Origin: Camelus dromedarius
Lineage: Eukaryota
Length of the DNA stretch: 64,000 nucleotides
Reading direction: 5' to 3'
Assembly: GCF_036321535.1 (NCBI RefSeq)
Contig: NC_087436.1
Coordinates: 6,076,001 to 6,140,000 of the forward strand
Part shown: piece after piece, positions 37,317 to 48,245 of the stretch
How the letters are laid out: each line of letters begins with the position of its first letter
Numbering within the stretch: position 1 is the first letter of the stretch
Notes under the pieces: generated by a model
The model's input: only the letters and a program-made list of their open reading frames with translations
Databases searched by the model: none
Told to the model about the DNA's origin: nothing
Program-made: the position numbers and the translations under genes

Positions 37317-38675
37317 CAGAAACAAACCCACGCACTTATGGTTAATTAATCTACAACAAAGGAGGCAAGAATGTGCAATGGAGAAAAGACAGTCTGTTCA
37401 ATAAACGGTGCTGGGAAAACTGGACAGTTATGCATAAAAGAATGAAATTAGAACATTCTGTAACACCACATACAAAAATAAGCTTAAAATGGATTAAATA
37501 CCTAAATGTAAGACCAGATACTATAAAACTCCTGGAGGAAAACATAGGCAGTACAGTCTCTGACATAAATCACAGCAGTATTTTTTTTGGATGTGTCTCC
37601 TAAAATAAAGGAAATAAAAGCAAAAATAAATAAGTGGAACTTAACTAAACCTAAAAGCTTTTGCACAACAAAGGAAACCATCAACAAACAAAAAGATAAC
37701 CTACTCAATGGGAGAAAGTATTTGCAAATGATATTACCGATAAGGGGTTAATGTTCAACATATATAAACAGTTTATACAACTCAACATCAGAAAAACAAA
37801 GAACCCTTCAAATGGGCAGAAAACTTGAATAGACATTTTTCCGAAGAAGACATACAGATGGCCAACAAGCAGATGAAAAGATGCTGACATAGCTCATCAT
37901 CAGCGAAATGCAAATCAAAACCACAGTGAGATACCACTTCACGCCCATCAGAATGGCCATCATCAAAAAAGAACACAAATAACAAATGATGGCAAGGAAA
38001 TGGAGAAAAGGGAACCCTTGACACCACTGGTGAGAGTGTAATTTGGTGCAACCACTGTGGAAACCAGTACAGAGATTTCTCAAAAATCCAAAAATAGAGC
38101 TACCATATGACCTAGCAATTCCACTCCTGGGTATATATCTGAAAAAAACAGAAACTCTAATTTGAAAAGATACATGCAACCCAAAGTTCATGGCAGCATT
38201 ATTTACAATAGCCAAGACATGGAAGCAATCTAGGTGCCCGTCCACAGAAGACTGCATAAAGAAGATGTGGTATATTTATACAATGGAATACTACTCAGCC
38301 ATAAAAAAGAATAAAATTTTGCCATTTGCAACAACATGGATGGACTTGGAGGGCATTGTGCTATGTGAAAAAAGTCAGACAGAGAAAGACAAATATTGTA
38401 TCATATCACTAGTATGTGGAATCAAAAAAATACAACAAACTAGTGAATATAACAAAAAAAGACTTACACTCACAGATACAGAGAACAAACTGTGGTTACC
38501 AGTGGGGAGGTGGTGGGGGCAAGATAGGGGTAAGGGCATAGGAGTTATAAACTATTAGGTATAAAATAAGCTACAAGGATATATTGTACAATACAGGGAA
38601 TGTAGCCAATATTTTATAATAACATGGAGTATAATCTTTTAAAATTGCATACAAATAAATATTCAATTAAAAAGT
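37317..38675 (+). mobile_element. 5'-truncated L1 with decayed ORF2 C-terminus and 3' UTR
   Basis: Translations [16 protein letters not shown]...[22 protein letters not shown] and AALFTIAKTWKQSRCPS...KKMWYIYTMEYYSAIKK are typical of the L1 ORF2p C-terminus; frameshifted; flanking degenerate direct repeat. Confidence 0.95.
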
Positions 38676-38958
38676 ACTAATTACAAAACCACACCTTTGC
38701 CTGACTGATCATTGATACATTAATTCATCAATTTACTAATTTCTCTATACTCTGAAAATATTTATTGATTATGTATCTTTATATTTTGCTAGATACTGTG
38801 CTAGAAACTGAAAAAGCAGAAATGAACACGTAATTCCTGCCTTTGAAGAGTTTTCAACTGAACAAGAAAAGGAAACAGAAGTTCTTCTCATAGGAATCTG
38901 GGCTCCTAGGAACATTTACCCATGGCACATTTTATTCATGATGGCCTAGTTCGTAGAA

Positions 38959-40380
38959 CAGTTCTGTCTAATATAAAGCCATGCAAACCACATAAATAAC
39001 TTTACATTTCCTAACAGCCACATTAAAAAAGGAAAACAAAACAGGATAAATTAATTTTAACAATACATTTTGTTTAACCCAATATATCTAGACTATTATC
39101 ATTTCAATAACTAATCAATATGAAAATTATTAGAGATATTTTTTATCCTATAGTTCATACTAAGACTTTAAAGTCTAATGTGCTTTTTACACTTAAACAG
39201 CATATCTCAATTCGGGTGTTAAATTTTTATGGAGACTACTAGATCTGTATTAATAGATTCAGATACCCAACACATTTCAAACATATGCAAAAATTAATGT
39301 AATATTTTCAATAAGTTTTCTAATACTTTGAACAGTTCTAATAGTTTTTCTAATGCTGAACTGAGCACAAATCATTTCACTTAATATTATCTTCCATATT
39401 GACAAAACTGGTTTGTCTTTTAAAGAATTGATTCAACTGAAGCAAAACATCAAGTTGGAACAAGACTGTCTAAGTAAATTAAATCATTCTTCTGTCAACT
39501 CAGTATTATTAACATAGAACACAAAAGGGAATTCTGTAAATTGAAAGGCAATTCAAAGTTTATTAATATTAATAAAATCGTCTTCAAATGTTTCTCATAG
39601 TGTTTGCAAATTTATGTAACACCATTAATTACAATTTAAATCTTTCTCATTCTTGGTAGAAAAATAAGTAATATTATTATTATTGATGTGTATCATGGAA
39701 AATTTTAATTTAACCGAAGTTTCACACCTGTCAAGCGAAGTCCCAAATAAGCTTTTCTTTTCCTTTGGGATTTCAAACTGATCTCATTCATATGCAGTGC
39801 ATATTGGTGAAAAAATGAAATCACACTTATTTTGTCTTTGATTATTGAATGTGTGGTGACATTCCTTTTGCTTGGAAAACTCTTGAACCTGGATAACAAC
39901 GTATCATCGTAAAACTCTCCCATGACCACACCAACCAGCATTAGCAATAACACAAGACTACTGTATCTACTGTCTTCTATTCCTTTCAACATTTTGTATG
40001 TAATAAAGGATTCTAACAACTCTATTTGTGACATATTTTATAGACTCTGTTTCAGGGCACCATGAATAATTTTTTTCACAAATATTTTCAATATGGGTCA
40101 TATAGTTGGACAAAATAATAGGGGAATTATCAATCTTTTACTTTAAAATTTGATTTTTTTACCTAACATAGCTAGAGCTTTGTCTACTATGATGAAAGTT
40201 TCTCATACTGGTGGAAAATGCTTCTTTAACAAATATCTAATATTTTAAAATGTATATACCACCGTTTAATATTAAGGGCTATAAATTGATAGCATTTCTT
40301 TACAAATTTGGAAGTCATTTAAGACTTCCCTTAAGTTATTTTGAAATTTATAATTAGATCTGTTTCTTACCTATAAAATC
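38959..40380 (-). mobile_element. Charlie1-like hAT DNA transposon remnant with decayed transposase
   Basis: The first ~260 bp match the MER33/Charlie1 terminus (GCCACATTAAAAAAG...AAATTAATTTTAACAATACATTTTGTTTAACCCAATATATC...CATATCTCAATTCGG) and continue into ~1.1 kb of AT-rich internal sequence. Confidence 0.7.
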
Positions 40381-40392
40381 TGAAAGAGATGC

Positions 40393-40770
40393 TGTCTTAG
40401 TCTGCTCAGGCTGCCATGGCAATATATCAGATTGGGTGGCTTAGACAACAGACATTTATTTGTCATAGTTCTGGAGCCTGGGAAGTCCAAGATCAGGGTG
40501 TCAGAGAGGTTGGTCTTTGGCGAGGACCTGCTTCCAGGCTTGCCGATGACCACCTTCTTTCTGTGTCCTGACATGGTGAAGACAGGGACAGTGCCCTCTT
40601 TGGAATCTCTCTTTATAAGAGCGCTACTCCCAATAGGAGGGCCTCAACCTCACGGCATCATCAAACCTAATTACCTCCTAAAGGCTGCATCTTCTTCAGC
40701 ACATACCACCACGTTGAGAATTAGAACTTCAGCACACAAATTAAGTGGGGACCCAATTCAGTCTGATGAC
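40393..40770 (-). mobile_element. MLT1A-like MaLR solo LTR
   Basis: TGTCTTAGTCTGCTCAGGCTGCCAT...ACATTTATTT...GGGAAGTCCAAGATCAGGGTG. Confidence 0.88.
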
Positions 40771-41893
40771 TAAGCTGGATCTGGTGTGGTTTTACTCACT
40801 TGACCAGTAAACATGGGCTCTTGTGTCTTTGTGTGTGTCTATATCGTTTCCTGATGTGATTATCTGGATCAGCAATTGGTCCCCTAAATTAAAGAGACAT
40901 GGCTTCCTACCTCCATCCACACAAATTAGTTTATTTTATCTGTTTGAGTCCCTTAGCACTGACTCATTAGATTCTAATTTCTAGAATCGTATTAAAATAA
41001 TCTGAAGTCACGCGTAGAGCAAATTATTTGGAGTTTACGACCTCATACAGGAATGAATGCCTGAATAGATTTTTCACCAGGTGATAATCTGTAGAAACTG
41101 CTGGAGGCACCAGGTTGGTAACCTTTCCAAGATTGGATTTGAACTGAATTATATTCATCTTGCTTGCAGGGCTCTCCTCCCACACTGAGCTTTATGGATG
41201 AAAAAAGAAAGAGAGAAGCCAAGTAAATACCAGTATTTTACCCACGGAAACTTCTATTTGGGATATTAAATTTCCCAACACAACTGCTGAACAATTTTGA
41301 GCAGGCAGCATTTGAAAGTTCTGACTTTCATTTCCAAGAGAGGGATTTATTTCCTCCTTGATTTCAGCTGTACGTTGAGAAATAAATTTCATCATGAGAA
41401 ACTCTTGGCTTCACTCCTTATAATAAAAGTTGGAAAATGTAGAAAACTAATTTTCAAGTATTTTCATTATAACTTATGTTGGTCTCTTGACCAGGGTAAA
41501 CCAACCTCCTTTTCCTTAAATTGCTGTGTAATAATGACCTTTTAATGTGTGTTCACTGATTTGTGTCTCATTGGTCTCTTCAGAAATAAAACTTCTATAT
41601 GTTACAGTATTTCCAAATCAGTCAGGGCCTCTCCTAATTTTTGAAAATAATTCTATGAAAAAAGAATGCCAGAGAAAGTATAAATAATCCTTTCATGCTG
41701 TGAAATCTCCTCAGATCCTTTGTAAAACTTGCATATAACATGGGTTTTACAGTGTATGATGTAAATTTGCTTTTGAATGTGATAGGGAATCAATCATGTG
41801 GCTTTGGAACAAATTAAAAGAAAAATGACAAATTTCCAGAAAGGATATCATTGTAAGAAAAAAAATTGATAAAAACTAGTATATAATTTATAT

Positions 41894-42173
41894 CAGGAGT
41901 CAGCAAACCATGAATCAAAGGCCAAATCTGCCTGCCGTCTGTTTTGTGGCTCCTACGCTAAAAATGGATTTTGCCTTCCTGAATGATTGAAAAAAATCAA
42001 AATATTATTCTGTGGCCTGTGGAAAGTATACAAAATTCAAGTTTCAGTGCACTAATTCATGTACCTGTTGTTTATAAATACTTTTGCGCTATGTGGACAG
42101 AGCTGTGTAGCTGAGACAGTTTAAAATATTTACTCTCCTGTTCTTAAGGAAAAAAAAAAATTATTGGTCCCTG
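41894..42173 (+). mobile_element. MER58B-like hAT-Charlie MITE
   Basis: CAGGAGTCAGCAAAC...GGCCAAATCTGCCTGCCGTCTGTTTTGT...AAAATATTTACT...GGTCCCTG (TIR-like ends). Confidence 0.8.
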
Positions 42174-43280
42174 AGTTGCAAAAAGACTATGTTACATCAG
42201 AGCTTTTTTAAAAAATATGATTCAATACTGTTCATTCATGGTGTGATGTCTAATACTTCTACGTTTAGAAGTATATTGTTCCAACACTTAGGAAAATATG
42301 TTTGTTTCAATATGAAACAAAAGAATTATGCTTTGCAATACTTCATGTGCATTTTTCTTTTTAGTCCAGTTAACCATGATTATTTTCCTGGATATTTGCC
42401 AAACTTTCAATTAACAGTATTGTCAGTGGATCCAACCAAATTAACTACAGCAAGATGTACTTAGAACCTTGTGTCATGGAGGATGTCATGACACGTTGAA
42501 TAAACTGTTTACCTACACAGGCTGGCCTTTTAAATAACCAATAGTCAACCATTACAAAATCAATGTTCCTTTAAAGTTATCTATACATGAGTTTGTTTAA
42601 GGGAAATGTAACATGAATATAATCTTATAGATGGATTAGCAATGTTTTTGATTTTTCCAAAGCGTAAACATAAAACACCCCCTTTTGATTTTCTCTCGAT
42701 CCAGCTTGTTTAATTTATAGAAAATTATATTTTATGACATCATAGCAATCTAATTTATAATATTTATTTCGAAAATTAAAGGAGTCTATATTATGTATTA
42801 AGAAAATTCAACGACTAAATGGAATTCCTAATAATATTTTTAAGAACTAGAAAAATATTTTTAACTCTGTCCTACTTAAAAGGTGTATTATGAGCTATGG
42901 AAACTGGTCACATTTGCAAAGATGCAGACTGGGTGGGGATGCTACAATTAACAAGAAAAAGGTGGAGAGATAGAAAAAACTGACCTAGGCAATCTCAAAC
43001 ACCCCCAATTTTGTTTTTTACCCTAACTTTTCTTTACCTAAAAAGAAATCTCGTCTAAGACATTTTATTAAAATGCTCCCTACTTTGTTCATATAGAAAT
43101 AGCCACAAAAGGGCTTTGATTTAATTAATTGGATAGATTTTTACATGGGTTATGATGCAGATTGAGTACTGATCTAACTTTAGTTAGAACTGAGCTGTAT
43201 TTAATGCCTGGGTCTAAAAAATGAAGTGACATTTTCACTGGCTGTCCAGACAAAAAGGAAAAACTAAAAATAAGGAGTCA

Positions 43281-43726
43281 GATAAAATAATGCCATTTGC
43301 AGCAACATGGAAATCATCATTCTAAGTGAAATATGCCAGAAAGAAAAATACCATATGATCTCACTTATGTGTGGAAACTAAAAAAAAAAAAAAAAAAAAA
43401 AAAAGACAAACTTATTTATGAAACAGAAACAGACTCACAGACATAGAAAACAAACGTATGGCTACCAGGGGGGAGGGGTTGGGAAAGGATAAATTGGGAG
43501 TTTGAGATTTGCAGATACTAACTACTATATAAAATAGATAAATAAGTTTATACTGTATAGCACAGGGAACTATAGTCAATATCATATAGTAACCCTATAA
43601 TGGAAGAGAGCATGAAAAGGAATACATGTATGTTCATGTATGACTGAACTATTACACTGTACACCAGAAACTGACACATTATAAACCGACTATACTGTAA
43701 TTTTAACAAGTGTAAAAAAAAAAAAT
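43281..43726 (+). mobile_element. L1 3' end with internal and terminal A-runs
   Basis: ATAATGCCATTTGCAGCAACATGG...GCACAGGGAACTATAGTCAATATC...GACTATACTGTAAT plus A-tail. Confidence 0.9.
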
Positions 43727-44662
43727 TGAATTCCTGCCTAAAGTAGCACAGTGAAGCCTGTGCAAGCTTGAATAGTGCATCTTTTTAACAGCATCTTGAT
43801 TTTGTGACCAAAAATAAGATTACTCTTGAGATACAGGCTGAATTCTCTTTGTCATCAGCTCCTCATATAACACAACCCTCTGATGCTTTGTTACCAGTTG
43901 GCAAAGAAAACCTGCAAAATGTCAGCGTCTATAATTCTGAAAACTAAGATTGGCACAATCAGCTTATTTTAAAATATCAACTACATATTAAGGTATAAAT
44001 ATCATCCAGGTAAAATGATCTAATGAATAAAATATGATATTTAAGCAGTATTAGGAACATGATCCCTTAAGATACCTTCACCTTTTTTTCCTGCTTGACA
44101 TTTAATTGGAGTTTGTAGATCACAGCCAGAAAAGCTTATTAAAAACTTAACACACTCTCATGCATGTCTCCAGAATTTTGAAATGAAGGATATTTCGAAG
44201 GAGGTGGGAGCTACGTTTGCTCCTTTCTATTGATTTCCAGGGAGACTGCAAAGTTAGGAGAAAGGTTGGCAGGAGGAAGAGGACAAAGCAGAGGCACCTG
44301 GAAGGGCTGAGAGGGCTGACTGAAGACACACAGTCATCCTGGCAGACTAAGGAGGATGTGCCTAAAGTTATGGGGAAGAACTTAGAAGAATGTTCTAAGA
44401 AATGAATTACTGTACACAGCAATTCAGATATCACAGAAAAGTCAGTATCTGGAAAGATCTTCTAAAACAAGGGTACTACAGTGGTAGTACTGCATACAAC
44501 CCAATTATTGCCTGTAAAACCCTGGCTCCAGAAAGAGAAAAATTCAGCCAGCGGTGCAGATTACAATTTGCCAACAAGGAGTGTCCAAGACAGATGTCCC
44601 ACTGAAATGAATCACCATTCCTATAGCATGCCCTGGCTACCGGTGTTATCATCAAATAACCC

Positions 44663-45050
44663 AGTCTTAGTCTGCTCAGGCCACCAAAACAAAATAACAT
44701 AAGCTGGGGATTTATGCAACAGACATTAATTTTCTCACAGTTCTGGGAACCAGAAGTCTGTGATCAGGGGGCTGGCATGGTCGGTTGCTGGTGGAGACCC
44801 TCTTCCTGGCTTGCAAATGGCTGCCTTCCCACTGTGTCCCCACATGGCCTTTCCTCAGAGTGTGTGTGTCTGAAAGGTGAACAATCTCTTTCATCCTCTA
44901 AGGCCACTAATCTCACCATGAAGGCCCCACCTTCATGACTTAATCTAACTCTAAATTCTTCCCCAAAACCTCATTTCCAAATACCATCATATTGGGGTAT
45001 GAACAGCTTCAACAGATGGACTTTAGCAGAACACAAATATTCAGTCCATG
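44663..45050 (-). mobile_element. MLT1A-like MaLR solo LTR
   Basis: GTCTTAGTCTGCTCAGGCCACC...TCTCACAGTTCTGGGAACC...CAAATATTCAGTCCAT; homologous to 40393-40770. Confidence 0.88.
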
Positions 45051-45639
45051 CCCCCACTTCTGTTTGCTGAAAGTAGGACTTATTGATTAAAGCTACGTTA
45101 GTGCCAAAAAAAAAAAGTTAGTGGACCCAACATCCTAAACACAATTCTTTTTCGTTTGTATTTCATGCAATGAAATTTAAAACTTTTATGTGGCCACTGC
45201 TAGTGTAAATGTGGTTATCCATGCTGGAGAACCTTAGAATTACAAATAAAAATCCCTACTTTATCTGAAAATGTTTAATTGAATTAAATAGTATTATTTA
45301 AATTCTTGTTGATAGCGATGTTGTAAGGACCATTGTCAGGCATGTATAATTGCATTAAACTACTACACGGAAGCTAGATGTGTGTCATATTTGAATAAAT
45401 CTGCCTTTGAAAATACATGTATTTCAAGAGCATTCCTTAATGCTCCATAATGTCTTTACAGTAGGCTTTCAAAGTGTAATTTTAAAAAGTTTATGAGTAT
45501 TCATAGCATGCTTCATTTAATCATGCCTGACCAATTGGAACACACAAATAAAACACAAAACTGTTTTTAATTACTTTAAAATAAAACTTTTTAAACACAA
45601 TTTTTGAACCAGAATAATTACTTTAAGATAAAATGATTT

Positions 45640-46600
45640 TAAAGTATTAAGATTAGTTTCAGCTGTGAATAGCAAGAAATCCAACATGCAATACCCTGAA
45701 CGAGTCAGAAGTTCAATTCCCCTCCTTGTGTAAGTCTGGATTTTCACAGTTTCAGGGTGGGCAAAGCAGTTTACAAAGTCCTTTGTTGAACTACAAAGCC
45801 AGCAGAAAAGCTCTACAAAGACCTCAGACACACAGGCTTCTCATAACTTTCTCTTCCCTTATTGCTAAGTGTGGCCCTCAGGACCACAGTCCAAGATGGA
45901 GCTCCAGCCATCACGTCCACGTCCCTGTTGGCAGGAAAAAATTTTCCATCTTCCCTTCTAGGTTCTTTGGCTTGCCTAACAAGCAAATTAGCATGAGACA
46001 CGTTAATAGCAGGGGGAAAATGTAATTCCGTACAAACAGGAGTCCTATAAAGATAGGAGACTCCCATCCACTCAGGCGACTAAGACTTATATGTCATCCT
46101 GAGCTAAAGAAAAGGGGGCAGGGGTCTGGGGTTTCAAAGGGGAGGAAGACAATTCACAGGCAGATGAGAAGAGAAGTGTTTGGTAAACGGATGTTTGTCC
46201 TGCCGTGCAAGGATGTCTTTCTGATACAAGAAGTTATCTCAAGTAACAGCTGTCTTCCTGGTATAGACCCTGTCTTAATACTTCCAGGCAGTTAAGGGGG
46301 AGGTAAAAGCTATTCCTGAGTCTGCTGGGCCCCCACTGTCTTCAGCTTGAAATCTCCAGGTGCCAAAGTGGCCCATTCTGGGGCAGCCTGCCTTGAACCC
46401 CTCATTTCAAACCACAGGATGGAAAAAGGGGCGACAGGGCAGAAAGTCTCCTCCAGCATTTCTGAGAGGATGCTCCCAGAAGCTGCCACAGACCACTTCC
46501 TCCTACACCCCACTAAGGAGCGTGAGAGGATGAAAAATGCCACGTGCCTGCAAAAACTTATTTCTCTGGAAGAAAACAAGAGCTGCTGGAGGACTGGAGT
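45640..46600 (-). mobile_element. Old LTR33-like ERVL LTR split by a younger LTR
   Basis: CCAAGATGGAGCTCCAGCCATCACGTCC on the left continues as CAGGATGGAAAAAGGGG...CCCAGAAGCTGCCACAGACCACTTCC on the right. Confidence 0.55.
45926..46404 (-). mobile_element. ERV1-like solo LTR (MER34/MER39-like)
   Basis: TGTTGGCAGGAAAAATTTTCC...GCCAAAGTGGCCCATTCTGGGGCAGCCTGCCTTGAACCCCTCA; TG...CA ends; TSD not clean. Confidence 0.8.
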
Positions 46601-47110
46601 AGAATGACTTTTCCAGTATTTCCAAGTGAATATTTGTCCTTTCGATGAGGCCATCATTTCCTCACTCTGAACAGCAGTCTTATGCCCAAACAGGAACATC
46701 GGATTGCTGAGCTGGACAAAGAAGTAGCGCAAGAAAAAAAAAAAAACAAAGATAAAATTAGCCTGACATCCTGTTTTAAACCAAAACAGCTCAATTGGTA
46801 GTTTTTTTTCCCTGAGGGGAAGTGGGCCCAGAGCCAATGCTGAATTACCTTTCATCTGTGGAAAACTTGGCCTTCGCTCCAGGCATAGACTTGGCAGTTG
46901 TAATAAGTTCTGAAACCAGCACATTCTATCGGTCTATCGGCTGGATCTCTCCCACCAGCAAACAGTATCCTTGTGGAGAACAGCACTGACATCAGCATGG
47001 AAAGACAATTTCAAGTGTAGGGGACCGAGGTCTAGCACCTTGGAAGTGTCTCACAGGTGCAAAGTTACACCTAAGGAGCAGACAACTTCAGCTAAGCAAC
47101 TAAATCAACT

Positions 47111-47608
47111 ATTTATTTTTTAACACATTTTTATTGAAGTATAGTCAGTTTACAAAGTTGTGTCAATTTCTGGTGTACAGCACAGTGCTTCAGTCATATA
47201 GGGAGATACGTATATTTGTTTTCCTATTCTTTTTCACCATAGGTTACTACAAGACATTAAATATAGTTCCCTGTGCTCTACAGAAGAAACTTGTATATCT
47301 ATTTCATATATAGTACTTAGTATCTGCAAATCTCAAACTCCCAATTTATCCCTTCCCACCCCTTTCCCCTCCTGGTAACCATAAGTTTGTTTTCTTTGTC
47401 TGTGAGTCTGTTTCTGTTTTGTAAATAAGTTTGTCTATCTTTTTTTTTAGATTCCACGTATAAGAGATATCATATGGTATTTTTCTTTTCTTTCTGGCTT
47501 ACTTCACTTAGAATGGCAATCTCTAGGTCCATCCATGTTACTGCAAATGGCATTATTTTATTAATTGTTATGGCTGAGTAGTATTCCATTGTATAAATAT
47601 ACCACAGC
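47111..47608 (-). mobile_element. L1 3' end (older subfamily)
   Basis: TTTTATTGAAGTATAGTCAGTTTACAA...GGCTTACTTCACTTAGAATG; closer to the 43281 copy than to the 19560 copy. Confidence 0.92.
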
Positions 47609-47611
47609 TGG

Positions 47612-48245
47612 TTTTTTTTTTTTTTAGGTCTTATATTTATTTTTTTTTTATTTTTTAAACATTTTTTATTGAGTTATAGTCATTTTACAATGTTGTGTCA
47701 AATTCCAGTGTAGAGCACAATTTTTCAGTTATACCTGAACATACATATATTCATTGTCACATTTTTTTTCACTGTGAGCTACCACAAGATCTTGTATATA
47801 TTTCCCTGTGCTATGCAGTATAATCTTGTTTATCTTTTCTGCATATACCTGTCAGTATCTACAAATTTTGAAATCCTAGTCTGTCCCTTCCTACCCCCCG
47901 CCCCCTTGGTAACCACAAGTTTGTATTCTATGTTTATGAGTCTATTTCTGTATCGTATTTATGTTCTTTTTTTTTTTTTTTTGGATTCCACATATGAGTG
48001 ATCTCATATAGTATTTTTCTTTCTCTTTCTGGCTTACATCACTTAGAATGACATTCTCCAGGGACATCCATGTTGCTGCAAATGGCGTTATGTTGTCATT
48101 TTTATGGCTGAATAGTATTCCATTGTATAAATATACCACATCTTCTTTATCCAGTCATCTGTTAATGGACATTTAGGCTATTTCCATGTCTTGGCTATTG
48201 TAAATAGTGCTGCTATGAACATTGGGGTGCAGGTGTCTTTTGAGA
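47612..48245 (-). mobile_element. L1 3' end (younger subfamily), abutting the previous copy
   Basis: Poly(T), then TTTATTGAGTTATAGTC...GGCGTTATGTTGTCATTTTTATGG...CATTGGGGTGCAGGTGTC; near-identical to the 19560 copy. Confidence 0.92.

Noticed and set aside
37373..38558. L1 ORF2-like ORFs as CDS
   Set aside because: Frameshifted, 5'-truncated retrotransposon remnant
46310..46924. Longest ORF in the track (204 aa, minus strand)
   Set aside because: Non-ATG start, runs across LTR remnants and a T-run, low-complexity Phe/Leu/Ser composition, no recognisable domain
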